Below the pieces are notes generated by a model. It ran no database searches. It worked only from the letters and a program-made list of their open reading frames with translations, and was not told the origin of the DNA. Positions 43,575-58,631 of a stretch of 64,000 nucleotides of DNA are shown here, piece after piece. Origin of the DNA: the human T2T-CHM13v2.0 reference genome, Homo sapiens; NCBI RefSeq assembly GCF_009914755.1, contig NC_060932.1; one strand, written 5' to 3'. The position numbers and the translations under genes are program-made. How positions within the stretch are numbered: position 1 is the stretch's first letter; every line of letters begins with the position of its first letter.

Positions 43575-43935
43575 TAATGAAAACACTACTTATGAAAACC
43601 TACAAGATATTGCTAAAGCAGTATTTAGAGAAAATATTATAACTTCGATCATTTCCGTAGGAAAAAAACCTTAAAAATTAACAATTCATGAAATTCCAAT
43701 AAGGGAAAATATGTTTAAAAGAAACACAGAAGGAATGAGGAGTTGATAAAGATAATAATGATTTAATAAATAAAAACATAATCATAGAAATAATTTATCA
43801 ACATATTGAATAATATTATAGTACATTGTAATCAGTTGAATTGTGTTTCAGGGATAGAAAAGTGGCTAAATGTTAGTAAATCTCTCAATATAATCCATCA
43901 TATATAATTATCCATGATATAATGATCATTTTTAC
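43575..43935 (+). mobile_element. Continuation of the old L1ME ORF2
   Basis: aatgaaaacactacttatgaaaacctacaagatattgctaaagcagtatttagagaaaa (NENTTY.NL.D.AKAV.R-like). Confidence 0.6.
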
Positions 43936-44164
43936 GACAAAATAATACGATGTTCATAGAAGCCTTCTTTATGCAGAGGTCTTAAGTGAATGTAAGCTTA
44001 AGAAGACATGAATCATTGGGTATTAAAAAAAGATACAGGGTCATTACAACCCTGAAGGTACATGTGTTTCAGCAAAAGTAAGATGTACAGAACTCTTATA
44101 GAGCAGTTCAGAAATGATGACACTTCGGCCTTTTATATGGAAAAATGTCCATGTAGGGACAAGT

Positions 44165-44295
44165 CAAATGTGTGTGTTTTGTGAGTGTGTGTGTTTTATT
44201 AGTGTGTGTATCAGCATGTATGTATATGTGAGCATGTATGTGTACACATGTATATTTGAGTTTGTGTGAGTGTATGGATGGGTGTATAGGTGTAC
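44165..44295. repeat. Degenerate (TG)n tract
   Basis: Direct reading of the sequence. Confidence 0.75.
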
Positions 44296-44766
44296 ATGTT
44301 GGCCTGAGTGAGATCAAAATTTGAGGTTAAGGAACCCACAGGGAGAAACTAATGTATACTCAGGAACTGTTCTTGAAATTTTAAAGACTTTTTCCTGTTT
44401 AATATCTATAAGATATACATGAAAATGTTGTAATTTATGTCTATTTTACTGATAAGAAAACTAAGGCTCAAAAACTTTGAAGCACCTTAATCACATCCAC
44501 AAAGAGGATAAGTACCAGAAAGATTTTGTCAAATTTAAAATTAGTAAAGCATTTTCATATTTGCATTCTTCAGAAATTACTTCTTGAATTGTATGGACAG
44601 ATTGAGGTACACTTATTGAATTGGTTATAATTCAACCATTCAGTTTCAATAAAATGACTCAATTTTATCAACCTTTATATTAGCTAAGCACAGTTTTTGG
44701 GCAAACTATGTTAGTTAACATATCTTCACAAAATTTCTAGAAATATTTTTAATATCCTGTTTTAGA

Positions 44767-44846
44767 AATATAATTATGTTCTAAATATGCTGAAGTAAGA
44801 AATTTGCAAATTTCTTACTTCAGCATATTTAGAACATAATTATATT
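44767..44846. repeat. Perfect 80-bp palindrome (40-bp arms, no spacer)
   Basis: aatataattatgttctaaatatgctgaagtaagaaatttg | caaatttcttacttcagcatatttagaacataattatatt, checked base by base. Confidence 0.98.
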
Positions 44847-46211
44847 CAATAACATTTTTATGTCATTAAATATAATAAAAAAGATAATTCTGTGATTTTT
44901 TGATCCACTAACAATAACTGGTAAGTCAAACTAGTAATATACCTTTTCATTAGTCAGCAAGAAAACCTATTTTATATTTATTTATTTGACTTTTAACCTC
45001 ACTACAGGGCCTCTTATTTCTTTCAAAGCAAAATTAAATTGCATTTCAGGTTGAATTATTTTATTTTGTATTCAGTATGTGAAAAATATCATCTTGAATT
45101 CTATGTAACTGCAGCCCTGTGAAAATATCTAAAATGCTATATTTGGAAAGAACAAGGATCAATTGTCACTAGAAGCAGTGTGGGTTTTATTTCATGACTT
45201 TTTAAATATAAAAAAAAAACGTATAAAGAATAATATAATAAACACCAATGGATTCACCAGAGAGTTTAAGTTATAATGTGTAATTTGACAGAATTTATAT
45301 TAAATGAAATGTTAAGCACCTGGCAGACATTTAAAATGCACATTGATACTTAAAAACAATTGGTTCTTTTGCCTTTTTAACAAAAAAATGGAAATGGGAT
45401 TTCACCCTCAGACTTGCATAGATCTTTTTTACACAAGAGACATATGGTTTTGTGTGCCAAGTGTCAAACTGACTCTTCTTGTCAATTTGGGAAATGACTA
45501 TTTGAAAATTTACTATTGACCATCTGTTCTGCTGACAGAGTGGCAGGTGTTCCTATTTTGCTTTACCAAATCTTAATAATTTATTGAAGTTTAATGATAC
45601 TCATGGAGATATAAAGATTGTTGTTTTGGTTCACTAGTTGCACAGCATAAATGTTTTCATAGGAAAGACCTACATGATTTAATTCTAATATAATTATCTG
45701 TCTTCAGTAGCCTTGTTTACATGTGGAAAAGTACAAGTAATCATTTTTAATGAATGCCTAATATAACCAGATTTTTTAGTTGGATACAAATTAGAAACGT
45801 TCCAGTTGATTTTTGTGTGAATATGTCTATAGCTTCTTTGCATCTATATTTGCATCTCTCAATATTTCTTAATTATTGTATTATTTTCTGATAACTTTAT
45901 TACAATATGTTTGAAATGCTTATAGATGTAAACTGTCATGCAGGCAGTTCTCTGAAAAATGAGTAGACAAATAACAATGAATTCCCTTAAACACATAGTA
46001 GACTGAAGTGTTACTTAACCACCTATGTTATTTTCAGGCACTGAGTAATATGAAAATTTGCACTACTCTTTTTAAATTCATAATGAAAATTTAATTAAAC
46101 CATGTAACAGCTAATAGTGTTACATACAATAGGATTTCTCACTATTCACAAAATAGGATTATAGTAATATTTCCAACCCTAAAAACTGGTCTTATTTTTA
46201 ATAATTGCATT

Positions 46212-46293
46212 ATTTTTATAGTTATATTGTTATTTTTGTTTGGATAAATGTAAAGGGTACAAGTGCAGTTTTATTACATAGATATATTGCATA
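46212..46293 (-). mobile_element. Tiny L1 (L1PB/L1MA) 3'-end fragment
   Basis: aagggtacaagtgcagttttattacatagatatattgcatag preceded by a T-rich tail. Confidence 0.7.
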
Positions 46294-48727
46294 GAGTCTA
46301 AAAAAAGAATATACCATGAGTATATACTTGATAGAAATATGATAATTCTCCTTCTCATATAAAAAATATATGTTCACTCTGGGTAGGGAAATACATTGGC
46401 TCTCCAAGAGAAATCTTCCATGCAGTTCAACTAAAAGTTCAAATAAAAGTTCAAATGTCTTTTATTTGACTCACAACAGTATCCTTTGGCTAAAGAACAA
46501 AAAAAAACTCACCCCTAAGGAAAGGCTAGATTATGTCCCCTCTCTGAACCTTGTGAATTGGTTGTTACAATGATCATAATGACAGCATTAACTATATTAC
46601 CTAAGAAAGGGAGGATACAAATTATGTATAATATGCATAAATTAAGCCTTTATCTTTCTCAGCAATTGCTGTAATGTGAAATAAAGACAAAGATGAGATT
46701 ACTATTCGTTTTTTCTTATGTAAGCCTTCTAACCTAAAGAATGTTGCAATACTGTTACATACTTATAAACTATCAAGGCCATATGGCAACAAAATGTTTT
46801 AAGATAAAACAAAACTTTCACATATAATGTCCAGAAAACTGGTTAACACAGTATGATTTGCCTTGTTTCTATATTAGTTTCTTGTTTATTTGTTTTTAAT
46901 ATTCACCAATCTTAAAATCAATTGGGAACCAGAGGCTGAATTTTTTATTCATTTATTATTATCTACAGTTCTCAGTACACATTAGGTAAATGGCACTGGC
47001 TTAGGGACTGGTGATTATATAACCTTTGATATACATGACTTTACACAAAACCGTGGTGGCCGAAGAATAAAGAGTAGCTACGATTTTTGAAAGGTGATGC
47101 ATGCATAATGGATTTTAAAGAACATATGTATCTAATCTTGGATTTTTAAAAAATAACATTTTCTTACACAGTAAGAGATTAGCATTATGAATTCCCATAT
47201 ACTTAGCATTAAAAACTTATCATAGTTTGACTAGACTTGCTCTAGTTACCCGTCTTATTTTATATTTGCTAAAACATTTTAATCAACTCTCAAACATTAT
47301 ACCATTTTTGTCCTAGGTATTTTAATATTCATCTCTGAATCCTATGCCAATCTTCTTACATAATATTAATGAAATTTACAGTGTATTTGGGGGAGTTATC
47401 TAATCCCAATCCATAGTCAAATGACTACACTGTCAGAAAAAAAAAAAAACATGTCTTTTCACCGAATTTTGTAAAAATCGGGTTCAAAACAATGCCAACA
47501 TTGCATGTAGTCATTAGATTTCAAATGCCATTTAATATGCAGCAGCCCTTTTGCCCCTTTCTTATCCCATTATCTTTTAAAAGAAACTGGATTCATGATA
47601 TAATACCCTAGGATCTGGATTAGTCTGTTGACTTCTTTGAAATGTTATTTCACTTGAATTTCTTTTCTAGTTTCGATATTTCTAGACAATTGAAAGTTAT
47701 CTCCAATGACATGAATAGAATCATGCTCATTCTTTTTCTTTTAACAAAAATCCTTCAAGCCTGGGCTTCATATAGCAGCACATCAAGAGTTTTAAATGTC
47801 TGGTTTTCCCACTCTAGGGTTACCAAGACTGAAGACTATTTAGTGAGTCAGGTAGCAACTGCCTGATCTGTCCTTGGTAAAGCTCCACACTGATTTTTTC
47901 CCCCTAAGGATTTCGCCTACTCATGATCTTTCCTGAATAAAGCATTTCATTTAATTGGAATTTTTATTTCTCAAAAATCAACCCTCCAAATGGCTTGCAA
48001 AATTTCTGTATTAAGTTCCAGGGTAAGATTTCCTTTTACTCAACAATTTGAGATTATTATACTTAATGGTGAATGTCGATCTTTACCACATATTTTGTTT
48101 TATCAAGTAATTGAACATTTTACATCTGATATCTAGCTGGGATAGAGTAATTCCCAATCCTTAAATATGATAATTTTGATACTCTTCTCAAAACATAGAC
48201 TTACTATCTTCTTCGATATACTATCCAAAATATTTACATGCCATTTTATTATTGACAAATCGCAGTCTTACAAATTGGACCCTAGACAACACTATTCTGG
48301 CAGTGGCTATTTTTATAATCTTGTGGATAAATCTGTAAGTAGTGATAAATATTGACCTTTTCTTTGCCTTTGATGCTCTGTACAGGAAAAATTTATCAAC
48401 AATGCCACTTGAAATAAACAGATATTCATCCAACTGGGGTTTTCAAATATATTGTATGTCAATCTACAATAAAAATTAGGGACATTTATTAACTTATTCT
48501 TTAGGTCATTTAGCTAATATTTATCTAACTATTATTGTGTGCTAGGAACTGCTGATGAATAAGGCACAGTCACTTTCCTCAAGCTACTTGCAATAAAATG
48601 CGGTTGACTGACACATAAAAAGGCAATTTAATATGAGTGTGGTAAGTGTTATAGTAGGAGCAAGATAAGTTTCTGTTATAAACACCTAAAAGAAGGACGT
48701 TACCTAGCTTTAAGAAATAATGAATAG

Positions 48728-49085
<358 letters not shown>

Positions 49086-49399
49086 TTATTAAATCATCTA
49101 GACATATATTTTGTGATGACCTTATTTGAAATGAAGCTCAAAGTGAAAGCGCATTTTACAATAGTGATTTACTAAGATTCTAGATATTATGTGATTTTTT
49201 TTTAATAGAACAGACATAATGTCTGCTGTGTGTAAACCCCAAGTATCTGTTTTGTTTGTTTATTTGTTTGTTTTCCATTGGGAGGGGTATCATACATTCT
49301 CAACTATCTTTATGGAGAGACTCATAACTCTTCCAAATGGTCTTTCCATGGTCTTCCCCCAAGTAAAAGTAGGTTGGCCTTTCATTTAAGCAAATACCT

Positions 49400-49590
49400 T
49401 GTCAGGCTGTTCCATGTATTGTATTAGAAGATCTCAACTTCACCTTATTTCAGTTTCCTCTCCTCATCTGCAGCTGATGATATTCACTACCTTGTAAAGT
49501 TATTTTAAGAATTAAACAGAAAAAAAAACCAAGGAAAGTGTTAGTACAGTGCTTTGTACAGAGTAACATTTCAATACAAATTATGTATTT
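49400..49590 (+). mobile_element. MIR
   Basis: ttcagtttcctctcctcatctg...ttttaagaattaaa...aagtgttagtacagtgc. Confidence 0.6.
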
Positions 49591-50482
49591 ATCATCATGT
49601 TGATTATTTGATTATTAAAGTTTGTGGCTCTGGTTATCTGCAAACAAAGAATTGTTATATTCTCTATGTATTTCCTTCAGAAAATATGGCTTCACATTCA
49701 TTGCCACTTAAAATTAATTAGCTTGGCAGTAATCATATGTATGAAAGATTGGCTAATAATATCTAGTCAATTTATTTTTCTAGATAGGGACTGGCGCATG
49801 TGTTTTATCTCGGATGGAAGCTGAAACTATTTAGTACGGTCTGCCTCCTGCACTGTTGAGGAGGAGTCTGAGGCCACAATCAAGTTCAGAAGAAAAAAGA
49901 GAGAATAAGCAAAAAGCATGTCCCCTATGTGCCATTCTAACATCTAAATACTCTGAAATGAAGTCTTGTAATAAATCAGAAAAGAAAGGAACTACAAATT
50001 TGAGTTCCCTTATTTTGACACAGAAGAATTAGTTTTTGCTGAAGTTATCTATAAGCTGATGCCCTCTACACTAAGAAACAGGTATTTCCAGGAATAGTCC
50101 TAGATGACTCATTCTTGTATTTACTGGCAGAAAGTTTATAAGTACATTGTTCAGACATTTATACAACATCTAGCTTCACGAGAAGTGCAAGGAGAAAAAT
50201 GTCTTTCTCTTCTTGTTGCCAGGAGCAACTGGACTTATCCTGGGCAATTGGGTTGATGCTAAGAATCTTGTGAATGTTGATGACTCCCTTTTTATTTTTA
50301 CTATTAGAAACTTTTGAGACTTTTTTTTTTGTTCCCATGCTAGCAAATGTATTGGGAGAGTTTTGCAGAATTATTTTTGTTTTGTAACTTCATTCTTGGC
50401 TTCACTTTTCTATTTCCTGTGCTTATTTTGCCTTTGTTTATTATTCTTTATTCATTTAATACTTATTTTATATCATTTTCTT

Positions 50483-50570
50483 GTGTGTGTATGTATGCAT
50501 ACATGTATATATGTGTGTGTATTCATACAGACAGACATATACATATATGCATATATAGACATTATATATA
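50483..50570. repeat. Degenerate (TG/TA/CA) microsatellite
   Basis: Direct reading of the sequence. Confidence 0.8.
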
Positions 50571-51359
50571 AATGTATCAACTTAATTTTCCCTGGAATAA
50601 GGCAGAGTTTGCCTAAAGAAGTACAAAATTAACAAATTTAAAATGCTTACTGCAGGCATTTTTCTTGTAGCATGGGTTTTTACAACTCTTTGAAAAATGT
50701 TTGAGTACCTATCATCTTCTAGACACTTTGGAAAATGCTCGGAAGCCCGCAGTGAACTAGTAAAGGGAAAATAATTGCTTTAAAAGACAATAGCAATTTA
50801 GAGGTAGTGTTGGAGGAAATAAAATAAACTTTGTAGAAATAACTCTAAGTGGCTTTGTTTTAGTTTTCATAACAATGGGTGCCAACTTGATAAAAATAGA
50901 TATGTATAGCTGTGATAATGGTCCTCAAAAAATTAAAACACTAGAAAAGAAAAATAAGTTGCTTTTGTACAAAAGTCCATTAACCAACAGAGGCTTGTCG
51001 AAAGTTGTTTATTTTTGCATGGCCATATTAAGAAAACACTTTTGTTAGAGGAATTACTAAAAGTTGAATAACTTATCGTGGGTATGAAAGTTTCTGGGAC
51101 TTAGTCTTTTATTTGGTTTTCTTGTTGAAACATTTTTAACACAATGTTTAATACAATGCTGTTTATTAAGAATGAAATTATCATATCAAATTGTGAGCGA
51201 AAGATCTATTAGTATGAAATACAATTACCCATTTTTGGGGAGTTGCTACTCAGTATGAAAATATTTAAGAAGGAAAAAGACTTAAATATTTAACATGCCA
51301 GTATTTGCTTTTCAGTTCAATGATGAATCACATTATTATACTTAGTGTGTTTGAGTCAT

Positions 51360-51615
51360 TTTTTATTTTAATATTTAAATTATTTTTAGAATAATTTTAG
51401 ATTTACTGGAAAATCACAGAAACAGTACAGCACATTCTCACAGACCTTTCATCCAGTTTCCTCTAATGTTGATACCTTATATAATCATAACACACTGTCA
51501 AAACAAATAAATTAACATTGGTATATCGTTATTAACTAAACTACAAACTTTATTGAGATTTCCACTAACACCATTTGTCCCATGATCCAACCCAATATAT
51601 TGTATTCCATTTAGA
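51360..51615 (-). mobile_element. L1MC4/5-type 3'-end fragment
   Basis: aataattttagatttac...cagtttcctctaatgtt...aaattaacattggta...ttattaactaaactaca. Confidence 0.75.
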
Positions 51616-51659
51616 TTTGGACCATTTGGAGGAAGTAGAGTGAGCATTTGAAAAAATGG

Positions 51660-51870
51660 TATTTATGTCAACCAGACCTGGAGTTCAAGGTCAGTAATTG
51701 TATAATTTATACATTTGGTTATGTAGTTTAACTACACTGAAACTTCTTTTCTTCATTTTCAAAACAAATTGGTATAGTATGTAATATATTTTTCAAAGAG
51801 ACATTGTAAGGATTTAATAAAATGAGTGATGTAAACTTTTTATTTACACAGTGCCTGACATGTAAACTCT
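51660..51870 (+). mobile_element. MIR
   Basis: cagacctggagttcaag...cattgtaaggatttaa...acacagtgcctgacatgtaa. Confidence 0.6.
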
Positions 51871-52963
51871 AAATCTGTTCAATCCCTAGTGGAGTCTTAA
51901 GTTTTATTTTCACAAATTCAATTGTAAATTAAAAAGGACTTATAAAACAAAATGTTCTAAAATGGACCTGAATTATATGATTTTATTTTACTAAAAACAG
52001 AATAATCACATACGATGTGGAGAGTCACTTGGTGATTGTAATAACTTCATACTTACTGGGTTTGAAGATTGCTTCATGTGTCTGTTTGAGGGACAGTATT
52101 GCAAAACATAGGTGAAAGTCACTACCGAAGGAATGATCTAATAATGGTTAAAGTTAGAGAAATAATTCATTATTTGATCAAAATAACTATTTCACTTATA
52201 ATTCTAATATAACAACTAAATGAAAAACCAGTCCTCATTTACCTGCAATATTACTAGCAATTTATTCAAAGATGACGTTACAAGTTGTAACTTAGATTTT
52301 GCACTAAAAATTGTTCTGTACCGTGAATTGTAAAATTGCTACTTTGAATAAGAATACATTTTCACCTTTCATAAAACTGATAGTTATTATTTCAGCATAG
52401 CTACCAATAAATCTAGTTCATTTTAAACTACTTATTTTTACTTATTTTGTTTTTTGCTTCATCACAATAACCTTTATTTTATTAAAATCAGTCAGACTGT
52501 AACAGATACATGAAATTTCATTATATTAGAACACATTCCTGCGTGATTTTCATAATGATCACAGCAATTTTTCTAGTTATTCCAAAAGATTGCTTGCTCT
52601 AGCATACTTACCAAAAGGAGCTGTTATTGCAATAAATCTGTTATATGTTCAGAATGACAATTAATGTGATTTGGAATAATGGGAGAAGAGAGTTAGTTAT
52701 AAAAGATGCATTTTGAATAATGACTGCCTAACCAATATCGGGAAAAAGGGAGAAGAAATTGGTGAAAGAAGTATCTGGAATTATTGTTTTAGGAGGCAGT
52801 AAAACATGATAGTATAAAGAAATCATAAGAAAACCCCTATTTATCCTATATGCATTTAATTATTCTCTTGATTACAATGTGAATATTAAAAACTATCATC
52901 TCTAGACTGAAGAAGGTAGATCATTTATTTTCCCTATATATCTTTATATTGTTTGAATTATTA

Positions 52964-54182
<1,219 letters not shown>

Positions 54183-55536
54183 TGATCAGTTGTTGCCTTT
54201 GTAAAGAAAAAATGTTAAAGTCATTCTCTTTTCAATAAACAGGAATTTGTGATCATCTATCTGAGATACTTTTAGAAAGATTTCTAGAATTAGGAAATGG
54301 CATGACATTATTTTTAAAGTCCCTTTTCTAATATAATATTTGAATGCTTTATTTTTCTGTAAAATAATAGCAGAAAGAATAAACCTTTCAATGGAAATCA
54401 TCCAACATATTCTCACCAGCACCATACCAGATGCTGTGTGCTCAATGGTTACTAGGACAAATTCCCTGGCCCTCAATGTGTTCATAATATGGAAGAAAAG
54501 GATTATGACAGAATTACCTAAAGTATTATAACATATAGCCAGAATACAACGCATTCTGCAAATATTACTTGGCACTTTTAGCTTGTTAATACATAGCTAC
54601 CAGAAATAAAGAACATATTAATCTCTTCAACTTCATTCATATATACATTTTTACTTTAGGCAAAATTATAGAATACTCAAAATTCTTTCAGATAAATTAC
54701 AATTTATATTTAGAAATATAATCTGTAAAGAGACAAATAGGAAATGCAGAATTTGACTGTAGTATATTCACCAAAATATTTAAAGATTGCCAGAAACAAT
54801 TGGAAAATGGTTAGCATCCAGTACAAGTTTTGGGAGAGCTTATCTAGATCTGGAATCTCCTCTGACCAGGCAAAGCCATTCATGCTCTGTGACTTGCACT
54901 TCAATGTCTTTCTCTAACCCTGTGTAAACACATCACTGAAGTGATGTACTAGTGAGGAATGTATCACTCTGGCTATATCCCCAAACCTAGCACAGTAACT
55001 AACACTGAGTATGCACTAAGTCAATATTTTATAATTGATTGATTAGTGAAACACTGAGTTATAGTTTGATACCACTAGCATTAACAATTTACCAGATGCC
55101 CAAATACACTTGCCCTGAATCTGAGCTAACTCACACAAACACTTGATTAAAGGATGTCTTCTTATTGGAATTCCTTCAAGGAGAAAAGTTTTTCACAACC
55201 ATATAATCCATTAGCCAACTTTCTCCTTCAAGATAAATAATTAATTGAAATTATAGTTCATATATTGAGCATTTCTGAATTTAGTTGATATGAAGCAGAT
55301 TTTAAAAGACCAATAATTATCTCCTTGCAAAGACTAAAGATCATTTTTGAGTCTGTGGAGTCAAGGACCACCGGTTATGTAAATGTTCTAGTACAGGGAT
55401 TATTACTTTTCAGAGCCCTGATTCAGATACCAGCTTTATCACATCTAATAATTTTTAAGTCAATATCTATCTTGAGAACCAGAAGAAAGCTCTTGAAAGT
55501 GTTCTTAGGGAAAAAAATAGTGTGTTGGAACATACA

Positions 55537-55540
<4 letters not shown>

Positions 55541-55569
<29 letters not shown>
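55541..55569. repeat. (TG)n microsatellite
   Basis: Direct reading of the sequence. Confidence 0.95.
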
Positions 55570-55572
<3 letters not shown>

Positions 55573-55959
55573 GAAAGGCTTTATAAACTCTTGATTGTCA
55601 TCTACTGAAAATTATTAATGAGGTCATTTTGAAAATATTATCAGAAATAAGGCTAATTATTTTTAATTTGATGAATTTTCTTTCAAAGACAATAATGCTA
55701 ATGATGTTATAATACATTGTAAGTGTAAGGTTTGTAAATTATCTTTCGTACTCAGAAACCAAACAGGCTAATATGAATAACTGAGAGTCAACATTTTCCA
55801 TTTGCAAACCCTTCTCTTGCCAGCAGCCAACACCATCTCTAATGGTAAATCAACCAGAAACAACATTTGTAGGTTTTATTTATTGACATAATATATACAG
55901 AATAAATTAGCTTGAGACAGAAATAAGTTAATTTCAATGCATGTGAAATGTATGAATAA

Positions 55960-56335
55960 CTGACATAGAAAGCAGAAGGATGGTTATCAGAGACTGGAAA
56001 AGGTAGTGGGGGACTCAGGGAGAGGTGGGGATGTTTAATGGGTATAAAAAATAGAAAGAATGAATAAGACCTACTATATGATAGCAAAACAGGATGACTA
56101 TAGTCAATAGTGACTTAATGATATATATATATAAGTAACTAAAAGAATGTAATTGGATTGTTTGTAACACAAAGGACAAATGCCTGAGAAGATGAATACC
56201 CCATTCATTCTCCATGATGGAATTATTTCACATTGCATGCCTGTATCAAAACTTCTCATATACTCCATAAATATATACAACAACTATGTACCTCCAAAAA
56301 TTAAAAATTATAAAACAAAATAAAATCAAAATAAT
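55960..56335 (+). mobile_element. L1MA2/3-like 3' end
   Basis: gaaggatggttatcagagactggaaaaggtagtgggg...gaatgaataagacctacta...cattgcatgcctgtatcaaaac followed by an A-rich tail. Confidence 0.9.
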
Positions 56336-56350
56336 TTGACCATAGAAAAC

Positions 56351-56607
56351 TGTCGTGGGTTGAATTTTGCTCCCCTCCCCCACAAATTCATAATTTGATA
56401 TTCTAACCTTCACTAGCTCAGAATGCAATTGTGTTTGGAGATAGGATGTATAAAGAGGTAATTAAAGTAAAATGAGGTCACATGGGTGTGTCTATTTCAA
56501 TATGGCTGGTGTTCCTATAAGAAGAAAAAACTTAGCACCCAGATCCACAAGGGAAAGACTGTATGAAGATGAGGAGAGAAGACAAGCCAAGTAAAGAGGA
56601 CTCAGAG
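56351..56607 (+). mobile_element. MLT1B-like MaLR LTR, 3'-truncated
   Basis: tgtcgtgggttgaatt...tttggagatagg...aaagaggtaattaaagtaaaatgaggtca...ctggtgttcctataagaaga. Confidence 0.85.
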
Positions 56608-56919
56608 ATTCCAGAAAAATTCTTTTTCAAGTGAATACTCTATTAAATGATGATTATAAATATTAATGGAGGATTATTCCATTACTGGATTTGATCCATG
56701 TCGTCAGATGCTTTATGAAGCAGCCCAGATGTGTTTCTCTTGATGGGATATTTAAAAATTGTAAACAACTTTAAATTCCACTCCCCAAAGAGAGTGAGGA
56801 ACCTGCATTTATTCAACAACCCCTGCTAAAATTCAGAAGAACATGGTGGACACTTCCCTTCATTCAGTGGATTCCTTTACAATGGTGAGATTTCCATTAG
56901 ATACAATGCCCAGAAATAC

Positions 56920-57102
56920 AAAAAAAAAAAAAAAAAGAAAACAAAGAAAGGAAGGAAGAAAGAAGAAAGAAAGAGAGAGAGAGGGAGGGAGGGAGGGAGG
57001 AAGGAAGGGAGGAAGGAAGGAAGGAAAGAGAGAGGAAGGAAGGGAGGGAGGGAGGGAAGGAAGGAGGGAAGGAGAAAAGGAAAGAAAAGAGAGAAAGAAA
57101 GG
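56920..57102. repeat. Polypurine compound repeat A(n)/(GAAA)/(GGAA)/(GGGA)
   Basis: Direct reading; only A and G from 56943 to 57102. Confidence 0.95.
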
Positions 57103-58104
57103 TTTATTTGTCTTCAACCAAGCAAATATCTGCTTACATTCAAGGAAGAAGAAAAAAAATAAAATAGAGGTTGACTAGAAAAAAAAATGGCTAACCTTCT
57201 TGAATCTCAAAACCAATTTCTTCACTATTTCCTCATATATCTTTTCAGACAAAGGGGGAAAAGGGAGACTTTATCGGTTTGCATTTCTTGATTTTGTCAT
57301 TTTGCATTTTAAACCTGCCCTCTGACTTATTTATAAATGTTTCTTGAATTATTTGTATCATTCTATTTACCTTCAGCCTACTCACATTATTTCAAGGTTA
57401 GTCTCTCTGAATTCATTATTGTTTATGTTCAGGATAATCATTTTCATTTCCCAGATGTAGACAAAGAGTCTGTTCCATTTCTTAATGCCCATCAGTATCA
57501 CATTTCTCCAAGGTTTTTTGGTAACTGCTAGGGAGATTGAAAATAGCTACGATTATATTCTTCTCTAACCCTTAATTGCTTAAGAAAACAGCTTCAATTA
57601 TGAAAACATTTCAGTTTCTCTGGATTCCCTTCAAGGAGCATGTCCAAAGACAACTTTATGCATTTTCCATATGGGTTGAAAATCTACATTTATGAATTGA
57701 TTTAACAGTTATTCACTGAATACCAATTTTTGAATCAAGTAGGGGTACAGAAAGATCCTTGGAGTTTCTGCCGTCAAAGAACAAAAACAATAGAAAGACA
57801 ACCACAATCTGTCAGATAGGATTTAAAGTGGTGTGCAATTTTAAATTGTATGCCACACTATTGAAATGAGGAAATAACCTTGCCTCAGTGGTCTCTCTAA
57901 CGTTTTGTTGTTAATATCATGAGTATGCATAATGTAGCCTGATTTTCAAAGCATTTGAAATCTTCTTGATTTTCAAAGCATTTACAGCATATGTACCCTG
58001 GTTTTTCTACAGTTGCTAGTTTTATAATAAAAACGATTTATTTTCATCATTAAAAAATGAAGAATATAATGCCTGACTTGTAGATTTTATTAGACATAAA
58101 TGAT

Positions 58105-58301
58105 ATATGGGTGTTTATGTATACGCACACATATATGTGTATATGTATACATATTTGTGTATATATGTATACAAAATACACATATATGTGTATATATGTA
58201 TATAACATACACACACACATATATACATACACAAATATATGTGTATATTTTTTTCTGGAAAGTTAGTTATACACACACACACACACAGACACACACAAAC
58301 A
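58105..58301. repeat. Compound (TA/TG/CA) microsatellite
   Basis: Direct reading of the sequence. Confidence 0.85.
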
Positions 58302-58510
58302 CAGTGATGCTCTGGTAAATGTCTAACAACTAGCTTTCCAGAAAAAAAAAAAAAAAAGCTGTGATCTGTAGTATTGCTGATTTCCATGGTATAAGGACTC
58401 CCAACATGGTTGATTTTAAGCTACTAATGTGACCTCTACCAGCTCACAAAATCTCTGAAAATTAACAATTGGATGTGGGATCAGTACAAGCCAGTTTTGG
58501 CACGTCATAT
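58302..58510. mobile_element. MER63A-like hAT MITE
   Basis: cagtgatgctctggtaaatgtctaacaac...gatttccatggtataaggactcccaacatggttgattttaagctac...cagtacaagccag. Confidence 0.8.
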
Positions 58511-58631
58511 ACTATGATCTAACCACATACTATAGCACTGCGGATACACTAAATGTTTGATAACGGTAGTTTTTATTCATGACTGAACTATGCAAATGTA
58601 TAGGAAGAATAAATATGTTAAATGTTATGTT

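Noticed and set aside
44767-44846. Palindrome as MADE1/miR-548 or a named miRNA
   Set aside because: Same length as MADE1 but lacks its ttaggttggtgcaaaagtaattgc TIR; I do not recognise it as any catalogued miRNA.
49784-49880. Acceptor-like tttttctag followed by CpG-containing sequence as a coding exon
   Set aside because: All frames close within about 17 codons, and there is no convincing donor or homology.
56843-57178. Lys/Arg/Glu/Gly-rich ORF
   Set aside because: Translation of the polypurine simple repeat.
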